From Glaucostegus cemiculus (lineage: Eukaryota): a stretch of DNA of 64,000 nucleotides. The notes beneath the pieces are model-generated. The model did not search any database, was not told the origin of the DNA, and was given only the letters and a program-made list of their open reading frames with translations. The stretch is taken from NCBI GenBank assembly GCA_976551045.1, contig CDPCPM010000281.1, forward strand, positions 10,478,001 to 10,542,000. Reading direction: 5' to 3'. The position numbers were made by a program, and so were the translations under genes. Below are positions 12,146 to 25,568 of this stretch, piece after piece. The first letter of the stretch is position 1; each line of letters begins with the position of its first letter.

Positions 12146-15100
12146 TAACACTTCTCAAAATGTCATCTAAATTGTAGTTGTCTGGCCCAACCCCCTGAAC
12201 AGAGCATCTCTACAAATATTATAAATAATTATGAGATGACCATGGAAAAATGTACACAATCCCCACATTGCATTTCAGGTGAGTCTTGCATCCATACGAG
12301 AAAACCTCAACTAAAATGTAAAATGACTAATGCAGTGCTGTTACTAATCATGGTCTACTGAGGAAAAGGCAGATCATTGATCTTAATAACCCTGTATTAC
12401 AATTAGACCTAAAAATCAGAGTGTTTCACCTTCAGTCCAAGTTGTGAAGATCATTAATTATACAAGCGCTTTGTTTAATTCTGTCTTTTAAGTGTATTTT
12501 GGTGTAAATAATATGAATGTTGAATAATCATTGTGTGACATGGCTTGGCATTAAAACATTCACAACTAAAAGAAACATTGAACCTGCCAGCAAAGCTACT
12601 GTTTGCTTTCCATTAATGTTAATTCATCTCCTTCACATTAAATAGTGCATTCAAACTGTTTGTACCAGTGATATAATCATTGCTCATTTTTAAAAGTTCT
12701 CCACACAGGGGGAAATTAAGACAGCAGTTGTTTCATCAGTCCTGCTGCCTCCACAGTTCTTATTGATAGGCCTATGACCTGCAAAGTCATCTCTGTTTTT
12801 CTAACCCCACATACTGCCTGACTTGTTGAATATTCCGAGCTTTTTCTGTTTTATTTAAGACTGCTGCTGACATCTTCCAACAGATGGTTTATATGGGAGA
12901 ACAATGGAGTGACTTTCATGTTTAAAGCATAAATCAGAATAAATTACACAGAACAAAGTGGATTATTTGAACAGTAGAAATGACCTTTGATGCTGTTTAG
13001 TCAAATGAGAGTTTATTTCAAAGAATGATTACATTAATATGAATATTTTTCTGCATGTCACTAAATTGATTTGTTAAAAGTCCTGACTTGCTGGCTGACC
13101 AAACAAAATATAAATCATGAATGATTTCTACATGTTCAGATGGCATCCAAATAATTATTCTGCAATATTACATTCAGATGTGCAAACTCATCTGCTAATG
13201 AGTTAAATTTGCAATTTAGAAACTGATGGTGCTAAACAGAATTAATAAGGGCATTAACATGTTTGAATGATGGCAATACTTTCATGATTTTGTTGGTAGA
13301 AAGAAGCCTATGGACTAGCTAGAGCTGGTCCATTTAATTCTCAGTCAACCACATTGTTGCAGCAATGATAATTGCTGGGTTTTTGGAGGATTTTTGATTC
13401 CACTGTGCTTGCCCATAAGAAATAAGTGCAGTAGTGTGAAAATTGCCTGACCTATTGGATATAGCTTCATAAAGATTACAGGCATTCTGTAATATCAGTT
13501 GGAAATTTAAATTCTTTTACCTTATATTTTGCTGTTTTATATTCCCTGATACATTTGATTTTATTTATTACACCTGACTCTTTGCATTCATAAAATCTAA
13601 TTTCCAAAACTTGATTATATCAACAACCTTGTATCCAGCTGGTAATTCACTTGTGCAAACCAAGGTGAGAGAGATGCAAATTCTTTGGGAATGTCAATCT
13701 GAAGAACATTTCTTGAGCAAGTGTGAAAAATCAGGGGCGATCCTGTCTCATATTATTGACACATTCTAGTGTACCCAGAAGCTAAAGATATGGACAATCC
13801 TTACTGACCGTCTCAGAGAGAAAACATCTTTTGCAGATAGCACTCACTTAAACAGCCAGTAATTTATGCAGAAATTGGAGGCCAAAAAGGAGATAGTTAC
13901 TATTCCAATGTTAGGTCTTCCAGTAGGGCACATTAAATGCTGATGCCATAGATACTTCCAAGCCATCAGCAACAACCTAAGCCAAACCAATTAGCTGGTT
14001 GTCCACAGATGTAACATTTCACAATGGGCAACAAGAAAGATGGTTTCTATTTGACAGAGCACAGAGTTCTCTACCTGTCAGATAGCTGGCCTTGTGAGCT
14101 ATTCATACTCTCCTGTAGGATTTTGCAAACCTCATCACAATTTGCTGATATTAATACTATCAGCACATTTCAGCAGTTCCCTCAATTCCAGATCATTTGC
14201 CTATATAGTAGGTAAGAGCGCAATCACTCCACAGACCCGTGTCAGACTCATGGGAGAAAACCCCATATCTTTTGCTTCTTCCCTCTTTTTCCTAATCCAT
14301 ATGGCTGCAGTTCATTAAGTAATTACCTTTACCACAAATCTACATTCTAGAGCCTCACCAAAAAAAAGCATACCTGCTGAATTTCCAAGTAACTTTCCAA
14401 AGACTTCTGAATTCAGCTGAATATATACTACCTTTAACAGTCTGTGCCAACTGCTCCTATCTAAATATTGCATCTTTAGGTGCATCCTATATTGAAAAGA
14501 CTCTTGGAGGCTAATTTTCAAATTGTTAGCTAATCAATTTGTTTTGTTTTTTATAATTTTCTGTTATGTATAATATAACTTTCCATAATGTTCTGATTGC
14601 ATTGACTTCTCTGTGATCAGGTCATTCATGTGAATATTAAGTTGCAGGGAGGATTGTAAGTTTCAAACCATCTTCCATTGACAACTCTCCATAAAGTGTC
14701 AGTGAGGCTTTGTGAAGACCATGTTAAGGTAATTTGTAAACTGAACTAATATTTGGACACTTAAAGCAAAAACATGCGGTGAGCATTATGCTGGATCCAT
14801 ATGACTCCTTTCACTTCATTAAGCACAATTGAAAACTGAGTAACTGAAAAGATACCCTGCTTCCGATTTACACAGGGCTGATGTAAAACTGAGGAATTAA
14901 GTACAATATAAAAACTGCTGATCTGTGACAAGCAATGAAGAGAAATATATTTTCACAAGAAAATTGTTTTAATTAATAGCTTTGCCAAAAGCCTAATTAA
15001 TTAATATAGCCTGTGTTTATTAAGCAACAATACTTGCTAAAGTCTGTTTATTGTTCATAATAATATTGCTTGTTTTCTAATTTACTAATTACTATATATA

Positions 15101-16023
15101 CTGAACTAAAAAAATGCACAATGAAAATAGAAAATCAAGTAGTGTTCCTAGAAACAGAAGTTTTGATATTGTTTCTCATGGCTATTCCTAAAGAATGAGA
15201 AAATAGAAAATAATGGAACTTTCACCTGATACCATTTCATCAATCATGTCTCCCAATTTGTCGAATTATTGTGTAGCAATCCACAATTTTAGAAGGGAAA
15301 CAGAGAGTGGTGAACAAATTTAGGGACCAGAGCTAATCTGCACATTCATGGCCGCTGAATTCAGAGAAACCTCACAATGAGCAGAGAAGCACATTGATCC
15401 AGGCACTTCTGTGTCAGCTTACTGCCCCCAGTGATCGTCTGCAAAATAAACAACCTGCCCATCCTCTCATTCAGGGAAACTGTGCGCATAAAGCAACAAT
15501 TGTTTCCTGTACTTGACCAGGTACCAGTCAGGAATGCCCATAAAAAGGCATGTGTAATTATTGATGAGGCCATAACAAATATGTGTGCATACAGTGCAAG
15601 GTCAGTTTGCCCTCACTTGCCTCCAGCAAACATGAAGGAGCTGGGTGAAGGTACGTACGCGGTCACTGAACTTCCACAACCCAGCTTACACATGTGCTCT
15701 CACACCTGCCAGCACCCTGTGCACTCTCTTAGTAAGCTGACACGTCCCAACCACTGCTGTCACTGCTCAGGCTTCAGCCACTTTTCCTTCATTCATAAAT
15801 AAGATTTACTGATTTGCATTTATTGACCATCGCTCAATACCAACTGCAGCTTGAGTGGCAAAGGCACTGGAGAAGGTATTGCTTGACAAGCACCTTGAAG
15901 CCTCTGGTCAAACAATGATGAGAAAACAAGGATGTATTTCTGAGTCGCATCCTATGTGGCTTGTTGGTAATGGCTTCCTCTGCATCTTTCTAGGCAGTAG
16001 AGATAGTAGAGGTAGTAGAGTTC

Positions 16024-16280
16024 GGGGCAGCACGGTAGCATATCGGTTAGTGCGACGCTATTACAGCGACAGCGATCGGGGTTTGATTCCCGTCACTGCC
16101 TGTAAGGAGTTTGTACGTTCTCCCCATGTCTGTGTGGGTTTCCTCCGGGTGCTCCGGTTTCCGCCCACATTTCAAAAGATGTACAGGTAGGTTAATTTGG
16201 GCTTAAAATGGGCAGTGCGGACTCATTGGGCCGGAAGGGCCTGTTACCACGCTGTAAATAAAAATAAAAATTTAAAAAAG
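16024..16280 (+). mobile_element. V-SINE with a CR1-type tail
   Basis: Same head and V-domain as 5851-6151, but ends ttgggccggaagggcctgttaccacgctgtaaataaa; many CpGs retained. Confidence 0.87.
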
Positions 16281-16289
16281 GATGTTGCT

Positions 16290-17100
16290 TTTTGGAAATT
16301 CTGGTGAGAAAGGCTTGGTGAGATTTTGCTATGCATCCTGTAGTGAAATAAGGAAATATTTAAGACGGATGATGAGGTGCTGGTCAAGCAGTTTGCTCTA
16401 CCCCAGGTGATCCCAAATAACGTTGGAGTTGCATTCGTCATGGAGTGGGAAGTATTTCATCACAGTCTTAACCTGTATCTTCAGTTTTTCAAATGATTGG
16501 AAGGCTTTGAAGGTTAGTCATTCACTGCTGAATACCCAGCTTCTAACCTGCTCTTACACTTGCTGTTATTAAGTGCTGATACAATTACATATCTAGTGAA
16601 TGTTGACTTCTCTCCAGCCAGCTGGTGGTGAGAGATTTGGAAACATTAATGTCCTCTCACTTGCCTGGCCTTGTGTGGCCTGATTGCTATTTACAACATA
16701 CACAAATATCTAAAACATTCTTCAGTTCTTGGGCATTGACTGATTTATTATCTGAGAGTTACAACTGGAAACTAATCAAATACAATCAGCAAAGATCCCG
16801 ATTCTACCCTAATGATGGTGGTTCATTCGCTAATGCAGCAGCTGAAAATGGTCTCCACCAATGAACTCCTACGGCATTGGCCTCCACCAGTCAAAACTAT
16901 ATCCCATTGTTTGAGGTGTGACTCCAACCGGCAGAGAGTTTCCCCCAATTCCCATTGACCACATTTACTGGAGCTTCTTGCTGCTTTACTTACTCAAATG
17001 CTACCTTTACATCAGGAGAAATCACTTCCTCCTCACATCTAGAAATGAGGTATTTTGTCCATGTTTGAATCCAAGGCTGCTTTAGGTACTTGCAATCAGT
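16290..17100 (-). mobile_element. Degenerate LINE fragment (CR1/L2 superfamily)
   Basis: Patchy resemblance to recalled shark LINE internal sequence; no clean peptide motif. Confidence 0.35.
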
Positions 17101-18419
17101 ATCTCTCTCTCAAACTGAGGGACTCCATATGTGCTTTGCTCAAAGTGAACGTTTGCACAGGTAACGGTAGATTCACTCCAGTAGAGTTGCAGGTAATATC
17201 TATTATAACATTGTCCCTCTGGATTTTCCACAATTGCTACATAGACCAAAACAAGGCAAAGGCATGAAAAGGAGTGGAAGAGAATCTCCAACCAAGGTTT
17301 TTAGTAGGTACTCAAACGGAGTGGAAATTCAATAGTTTAACTTGGCAATTATTAAAACCATCCGTCCTTTAGGTTTTTACACCAGCTACAGAGTTTGCAG
17401 AAGGAATTTGCACAGGGTAGTTTGAAAGCATATTAAAGAGGCTTTCTTTATTCCTTTATGATTGACAGTGTGTGCTGTCATCTTGATTATACTCAGTTCA
17501 GATTGTTTTCCTTCATATCTTAAAAATCATGAATGGATATGAACAGCAGAGTTGATGAGAACACATATCATAACATCACAATGAATTCCAATCAACATAA
17601 TTGTGGAGCATCACAGCTTTAATCTGTGACCTGGGAATCTTTTGCAGTGACTGCCGAATGCATCATCCTTTCCTGCTTCAATTGCTTTGAATGTGTCAGA
17701 TGTGATGAAAAGATGGTTCTGAAGCAGAAGTGACTGCTCAAACCTTTTATCAATTACTGGCAGTTGACCCAGATTCAGAGAAGTGCTTTGTTTATGGCAA
17801 CTCTAAATAAATTGACAAAGGAAACTGCATTAATTTAGCACAAAGTACATCATAGAGAAAAACATGTAGTTTGTTCACCTACATTTTTCCATGACGCTTC
17901 CTTCATGTCACACCTTTCAGGGGCAAGTGAGCAGATACGCCAACTCCTCCTTGGCCTCAATAGTGTAACTCTGCCTCGACCTGCAGAAGTCTACCTTAGT
18001 AGATTGGCTTTCAGACTTCCAACTCAGTGATCGTTTCTCAGTAACTTGGCTGAGATGTGGCATTCATATGGAGGTTGGTGGTTGTAAACATATCAATACA
18101 TTGTACCATCACTACAGCCAAAGTGTTTCCTATGTCATTCATTGTCACCCTTTCTTTGACGGTATTCCTGCAGAATGCTTTGGGATGCTTTGCTTAAGGT
18201 TCACTGTGAATGAAAGGTCCGCTGTTAGGTGCTTTATGAAACAACCCCAGGGAGCCACATGAGTGCTGTGGTCTTTTAGGAAAAGTAACACTAATGATTG
18301 ATCTGTAAATGAATGTAAAGGTTTGTGCTGTTTAACTATTGTATATAGTTTGTCTTTTATTATGAATAAAGTTTATTTTGGTTAAAAAAAAACAAGTAAA
18401 GTAATTTAATCCAAGCAGA

Positions 18420-18606
18420 TCCCAAGGATATGCTGGTAGGTTAGTTTTCTACTGCAACCTGACCTTGGTGCAGCTGGTTGGTAGGAGAATCAGGGGAGTC
18501 GATAGACATGTGAGTGAGAAATGGCTGCAGGGAAGTAAGCGGGGAATGTAGCCAATGTGAATGGTCTGAGAGCTGGCATAGACTCCATGGACTGAATGGC
18601 CTTCTG
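18420..18606 (+). mobile_element. SINE 3' half with a CR1-type tail (HE1-like)
   Basis: gctggtaggttag...ggcatagactccatggactgaatggccttct. Confidence 0.6.
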
Positions 18607-18730
18607 CCTTCTTAGAAAACTATTAAAGTTTGAGAGTTGAGAAGCCTCATAACTAGGAAGTGTAACTGGACTAAATAAAGATAATTAGCCAGCTTTTCCC
18701 TGGAGCTGGAGAAACAGCCCCAACCTTTAC

Positions 18731-18903
18731 TGGAGACAAAAGAGACCGCAGACGCTGGAATCTGAAGCAACAGACAATCTGCTGGAGGAACTCAGTGGGT
18801 CGAGCAGCATCAGTGGGGGGGGGGGCTGAAATGTCAGCAATTCCTTTCCCCCCACAGACGCTGCCCGACCCACTGAGCTCCTCCAGCAGATTTTTTGCTG
18901 CCC
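18731..18903. mobile_element. Palindromic Penelope-derived mini-element
   Basis: aatctgctggaggaactcagtgggtcgagcagcatc...ggggg (18776-18820) is inverted as ccccacagacgctgcccgacccactgagctcctccagcagatt (~18850-18892). Confidence 0.8.
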
Positions 18904-21849
18904 CAACCTCGTGATTTTATCATTCAATTCAAAAGCAGAAAACTCTAATCACCTTTCAATGTTTCTGACTGCATATATACATGCAATTAGAAAAAAAACA
19001 TTCTCATAAATATACATAAAACTTTCTAGGTTTGAAACCTACTGCTTACAAAGTACATGTATTAATAAACTTTACCTCAGTAGATAGATCCCAAATGTCA
19101 CCTGGTGCTACGCCATGATCATGGAGTAACTTGGGCCAACTTTTTTATATTTCCTAAAGAAAGGCACATTGAGATGTTTTAGCTTGTGCAATTAGACCTC
19201 TTCAAACTCACCCGCTTCTGCTAAAAGGAAGATGTTCGATGAAGTATCTGGCATAATACAAGACCCATACATAACTCCTCAAGGGCAAGAGCTCTACTTG
19301 AACCATCATTTCAGGAGGAAAGGTTGGAGCTCATGTTTCTAGCCCGGCATGTTGTCCCAAGTTCCAATCTGACAGTTTGTGTACAACAGGGCAAACCTAT
19401 CTTTTTCTGCTGAATAGCCTATTAAAAATAACAAGCACACCAGAGGACCTCAGCAACACAGGGCACTGAGGAAGCACAGGTGTTGCCATGGTACATCGGT
19501 GTATCTCCATCATTTACAACGTAAACTATTCACCTCTTTCAGGAGAGGTATGCCAGGCATAAAGTCGCAGAGATTGATAACACTGCCTTCTGCCTGTTAT
19601 TTTCCTTTTAAAATCCAGGCCCATTGTGGCAAAATGAATATTTTTTGCTATTTTTCTGTGTATTATATCAGCATCCAGATATGCATGTAAAACTAAGTTA
19701 CTGAAAATGAATAAATTGACTTCTGTTTTTTTTAAAAGTATTCCGTGAAGAGGGAAGGAATAGCAAACATGGATTACCAGTTTGTTCCACTTTCTTCTGG
19801 CAATGCTTGAGCATTCCCGATTTGGTACCAGCACTACATTTGGGATCTATTTCATTTACTCAATAGCAAATTGAAACTTGCCACTAGGATGTCTTCCAGT
19901 AGCAAGAAAAAGGTTACATTTCAGGACAAATCTATCCACCTTTTCCCTGTACAAATGAAAGAAGCAACGATTGCTGAATGGTTAAGTTCCTCAATAAACA
20001 GGTATGGGAGCTGTCCAATCAGCACAATAGGCTAAATGAAACAGAGCAACAAAAAGAGGATGCTCCATTAATTGGCACACCATTCCTTTAAATGCTGTTA
20101 GCTTGCTCAATTTTACAATTGGCAGTCAGTCAATTTACAGTTCTGATTCCTTGCACAGATTCTACATGTGCAGGGAGCCAAAGGGAGAGAGCCTTCCACT
20201 GCAAAACTTGTTGTGACTTATCTTCACACCACAGCCGTGAGCAGGCTCAGTTACTAAGGAATGGCAAACAAATTGTTGACCCCACTGGTGTTAACATTTC
20301 ACAATCAAGAAATAAGTTGCTTAAAGGAACCTCAAAAGCTGTGCATTTGGCCTCATTAGAGCACAATACTTGTAATCATCTGGGACTAAATGTAGAGCTA
20401 TTATGTGTGATTATACTGTGTTGAAACAGTGTGGTGCAAGTTTGAGTCTAGACACGTAGAGGTAATGAGCTTCAACACGAGCGAAGTGCTATTACCGGCA
20501 CAGCCTGTGCAGAATTCATTTAATGAATCAACACTTGCAACACCATCTCATGTTTCTCTCCTAACAAATGGCAAATGGACAAAAAAAAATTACTTTAAAA
20601 AATATAGAACAGAAAAAGAAGCAACTGAACCAGCAAAAACAATCCCACTTAAAAACTAGAATCGATTAACAAAACAGAAATGTTGTTTCTGCCTTCACAT
20701 ATATCTTGGATTATTTTTTAATCACACAGTTAATTTGGACAGAGCACAAGTTGAAGATGGTAGGCCAAATTGTGCAAGGATGCCTGACATATAACCAGTG
20801 GCCTGATTCAATTGAATGGGTTCGCAAACCCCTGTGAAAACCTGCTTCGTGTATCTTACTTTATTTTAATATGTTAATTATAAATTGGCATTCTGTGCTT
20901 TTTGTTAAATTTAACACTTTATGATCATTTTAATTATTTAAATCTACCTGAATAGCTTTTAATTGTTCCTGACTACTAGAAACATATAAAAAACTGTTCA
21001 AGAGCCCTTTGGCAGCAGTTGGAATCGGAGTCAGGTCTGCCTTGGAGGGTAATTCTCGAGGGTGGAGAGTCAGCCTCTTCATCCCTCTACATCTGGAGAA
21101 GGCAACTGCAGGAGGATAGGGAAAATGGACAGCACATCCCACATCAGGCAAGGTCCATGTCAATCTGTCCCAGGCCCACAGGGAAAAGAGTACACATGGG
21201 ACACCGGAGCCAGATCTCCACTTTCCTTAACCCAGCCATGGGTTGGGTGCAGAGGCTTGAAAATGGTCCATTTTGTGTGTGTGTTGGAATGTGACTGAAT
21301 GCATGAGATCAGTTCTGGTTATCTGCCTTGCAGATCTGCCATTTGTTCCAGCCTCCAGTAGCAGCCCTAGCTAATAACCCTGGTTAATAATCTGCTTTGC
21401 TGTGCCACTTAACTAGCAGTTAACTTCCTGCAGATTCCACCAAAGACTGTTTGCAGCTCATTCTTAGATTTTCCGATCTCAGGTAACTGGCTGGCAAACT
21501 GCACCATGTGACTTAAGGCCAAAAGGCTTCTTTCTGAGCTGCAACCAATTTGAACCCGCTTGCTGGAGGTTAAACCAAATAGGTTGGCTTCCCACTGGAA
21601 GCTTGCCTTTCTCTCGAATGCCTGAAGTTTAAGCTTCATAGTGCAACAGACTTGAGTAAGCTGCCTGAAACAGGTGGGACCTTCATGAAATCAGAGCCCT
21701 ATGGGAACAATTGTATTTCAGTCCCAGCCTACGAGTAAGAATCTACTGCCAGGTGAAGCCAGGTTAGCAGTAAGCCAGAAATGTTCCACTGTGAGACCCC
21801 AAGATACTCACTCTCTCAGCACAGAAGAGTCAGCTAGAAGTAGTTTTAA

Positions 21850-22190
21850 GAGCATAAGATATAGGAGCAGGAGTAGGGCTTCGAGCCTGCTCCACCATTC
21901 ATCATTGATCTTCTAGTTCAGCACCATTTTCCTGCACTAGAACCATAGAACAATACAGCACAAAACAGGCCCTTCGGCCCACCATGTTGTGCCGTCCATC
22001 AAACCTCACCCTATCTAACCCTTTCCTTCCACATATCCCTCTATCCCACATTCCTCCATATGCCTATCTAACAATCTCTAACACTAACCCAATATCTCTC
22101 AATTCCCATAATATCCAGAAATATATAGAACTGTTTTGACTAAGTTTGCCAATCCATCCAAGATTTGTAATGCCCTTGAGAAGGAAGACT
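21850..22190 (-). mobile_element. Nested CR1 3' ends (younger piece at ~21940-22080)
   Basis: Two CR1-type tails: cataagatataggagcag and catagaacaatacagcacaaaacaggcccttcggccc. cacta flanks the inner piece on both sides. Confidence 0.7.
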
Positions 22191-22845
22191 TGTAGGACAT
22201 CTTTAGGGCATCACAGAGCACTTTACCCTCATTAAGTATTTCTGAAGTGTATTCACTGCTGTAATGTATGAAATGAGGGAAACAATTCCACAAGCAACAA
22301 TGTGATAATGAACAGATAGATACAGTACAGAGACTAGTCTCATTCATTGGCAGATAACCTGCTTCAGAGCTGTTGATTGAGGTACAGACGTTGGCCAGGG
22401 CACGGGATTAACACTCTTAGTCTTCTTTGAAATAGCGCCATTGCATCTCCTATACTAGCCAGAGAAGACAGAGGAGGGTGTGATTTAACATCTCACTCAG
22501 TTGGCCACCTCCCCTCGTGCACCTCTCTCTCTCTCTCTGCTGCACTGCAGTAACAGCTCCGAATTTTAGAGACCTAGGGTAAGAGAGAGGGAAATTGGGA
22601 TTTGAGGAATGGGGTGGTCATGGAAGAGGAAGTCTGGAGAGGAAAGGGTCAGAGAGAAAGAATAGAGGGGCCAGGGGAGTGAAGGAGCAGCTAAGTCAGC
22701 GGGGTGGTTTCTCATCTCACCAGCGTCCCTGGCACTGCAGACGTTCCTCTGCACTGCATGCAAGTGCCGAAGGGGATTTGTTAGTGCTCATACTTTGAGG
22801 TGGAAGTTGAACTTACCGCCTTCGATTCAGAGGTTAGCAGCCGAA
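22185..22845 (-). mobile_element. Degenerate Deu-domain SINE (SacSINE1-like), in two pieces
   Basis: 22370-22500 resembles the reverse complement of the Deu domain (ttggccagg..cttctttgaaatagcgccat..tttaacatctca). Head-like part at 22720-22845. Confidence 0.6.
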
Positions 22846-24075
22846 CATGGCCGAGGTGCTCCATGTGGATGTAGGAGACTCCTGCTCCAATGCTTCAGAT
22901 GGCTACTCCTGAGCCCAGCAGCACTGAGTAAGAACATATACTCTATGGCAGCTTGGTAAAAGAGAGAGGGAAATTGGTTTTAGGACTGTAGTGGCTCTTG
23001 TGGTAACAGCGCTCAGCTGGCAGGTCACCTTGAACACAGAACACAAGAGAGCTCAAATACACAGACCAGTCTCATCCACTTATGCCTTCATATTCTGTTA
23101 GAAAGGGCAAGTATGAAATCTATTACCTATTATGAAGGCCTAAGAAGAAGCGTGATTCACCTCTGTCCCATAAATTTATTATAATGAGGCTCCCACTTGT
23201 CCCTGGAGAGAGTTACCTGTGCGGGTAAATGGCCTCCATGCACAACGGACAGAGATCAGTCCAGGTGAACCAGACACTCTTTTCGCCAGGTTTCCCCAGT
23301 GCACATCCTTTTATGGAATATCATGGAGGTGAAAATCGGTCTGAATTGTCGTCAGCCCCCACCATTTGATGGAACAGCCAACGACTAACACAGAACCAGT
23401 CAGCAATAGAACTGGAGATTAGCAGGAAATCTGAACAGAAGTTGCAGATTAATTAAACATTTAATGGAACACAGCTGCTTGGGTTTCAGAAGTAATAAAA
23501 TTCTAATTGAGAATTTTTATATGAAGCGCCGAAGCTTTGTTCCCTCTTCCTTCAGTGAAAGGTCTATAATTAGAAGCAAGCTATATTCCCAGATCAGGGT
23601 AATTGTAGTCACAGTAATTAGTATTACAAACAGGTTTTAATAATTTCAATTCTTTAAAACAGATTTTTCTTGTTCATTGACAGGATTATTTGCTTAATGT
23701 ATTTTAAGTTGGTATGCTGTATTCCATAATCCTCTGGTATTGCATGCAGTTTGGTAAGCAAACAAGTTAGCAATATTTCAATTATAATTGGAAGGTGTAA
23801 AAACATGACAGGTCTTCAAATAGTTAATACCATTTAGGTTCAGCTTTATGTCTCCTCTAGCATTGCAGTTGTGATCCCTGTGGAAAATTCCAGAACAAAT
23901 GCTACATCCTATCAGTTGCCTGTAATGTTTTAGAGCTGTATTCATCTATGCCACCTGAAAGGATAAGTAATACAAAGGCCAGTACCAAATGATTCAACTT
24001 TGCACCCCAGACACTGGCTGGATTTGTTGCACCATCTTCTTGCACAGAGATCCTGTGCCCAATCCGGCTGACAGA

Positions 24076-24302
24076 TAGAGCAGCATCAAACTGCCATTCG
24101 TCCGAGATTTCACTGCGTTATATCAGTGGAACAGCACTACTGTGATTAGCCTTTAATTTAATTAAACATTAAATCCCCGTTCCAGCTATTCACAAGATTT
24201 TGTTCCTCCTTAAAATTCTAAATATCATTACAATCTCCTCCTGACTCCTATTCCATCTTCTGATCATCTCCAATGAAACACATCTTCATCCATTCTCTCC
24301 TG
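24076..24302 (+). repeat. Local direct duplication, copy 1 (uninterrupted)
   Basis: Aligns by eye with 25301-25507 plus 28578-28593. Confidence 0.93.
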
Positions 24303-25300
24303 TTTAGATAGCAACAGATATGCCAGGTATCAATGTGCTGGATACAAGCATTGCCTGTGGCCTGGGGGTGAATTGGGTGTGACCTCCTGGGGCTCTGTCA
24401 CCTCCACATGGATGGAGAGTAAGGGAGATAAAAGAGATATGACAGCAAGTTTCTGAATGCTATCATAAATGATGAGATCAAATTATTTTATTAAAAGACT
24501 GTTAAATAGGAAATGATTTACAACATTAATTTCACCATAAAGTTTAACATGAAACTTCTCTAGCAAGTAAAATGAATCAAGCCCAATTTAATCTTGCTTG
24601 TCTGAAAATTGTATTACTACTGATTTTTTTTTATGTGGGTGAGTTGCAGAAATTTAGGCCTAGGTGCTTGGCTTGCTGCCGTCTTGCTTTCTGTTGGGGT
24701 GGCAGGGGGAGGGGGTGGGATGGTTGGAGAGGGGTGATGGAGGTGTAAAAGTAGCAGAGGGAAGGTTCATGCCTATTGCCATCGAGGACAAGCTGTAGCA
24801 TTTTACAGCTGAGCGCATGGTGCCAAAACGGAAAAGGCTCAAGAGAACTCGATTTGGCAAATCCAGTGTCTTTAAAGGGATCATTGAAAGCCACACAGGT
24901 GAAGCAAATGAACCAAATACGCAGGGGCATTTGGAATGCAGAAGAAAGGAAAATGTTCTCCCTGTGTCTCCACAAACATTCTGCCAGCTGTTGCCAGAAT
25001 TTCAACTATTGCACGCTGAGTATCCTAGCCCTTCACCTTAAGGATGTACTGCATTGTCAGCTCCACAGACAGGTTGATGAATATCCTCTCTCCCACGTCA
25101 GACTGGCAAGCTGCCTACTATTACTCATTTAGTCAATAAGCCGGCCTATTCTCCTTAAATGAAGCCTCACCATGCAAATACTTTCAACTCTGGCATGTGT
25201 TGCCAGGCAGTCATTCACCTCACTTGACTTACTGATGAAAGGCCACATGAAAATAGCCCCAAAAGATGACAGTGTTCATGGTTCATGGACCATTTAGAAC

Positions 25301-25507
25301 TAGAGAAGCGTCAATTGGCCATTCGTCCGAGATTTGACTGTGTTATATCAGTGGAACAGCACTACTATGATTAGCCTTTTATTTAATTAAACATTAAAGC
25401 CCCGCTCCAGCTATTCACGAGATCTTGTTCCTCTTTAAAATTCTAAACATTATTACGATCTCCTCCTGACTCCTGTTCTGCCTTCTGATCATGTCCAGTG
25501 AAACATA
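25301..25507 (+). repeat. Local direct duplication, copy 2 (interrupted by CR1; resumes 28578-28593)
   Basis: gccattcgtccgagattt...gaaaca shared with copy 1 at an offset of 1225 bp. Confidence 0.93.
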
Positions 25508-25509
25508 GG

Positions 25510-25566
25510 GGTACTGACATTCTTGCGGGAAGGTTTGCTAGTGCTGCTCAGGGGGGCTTAAACTAA
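25510..25566 (+). pseudogene. C-terminal remnant of CR1 ORF1
   Basis: Reads GTDILAGRFASAAQGGLN*, resembling the end of the esterase-type ORF1 of vertebrate CR1. TAA at 25564-25566. Confidence 0.7.
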
Positions 25567-25568
25567 AT

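Noticed and set aside
23217-23430. Possible minus-strand exon (CAG|gtaac donor at 23216; acceptors at 23341 or 23431)
   Set aside because: No recognisable peptide and no linked exons; splice-like motifs alone are insufficient.
24631-25132. Overlapping 74-124 aa ORFs between the direct repeats
   Set aside because: No gag, pol or other recognisable motif.
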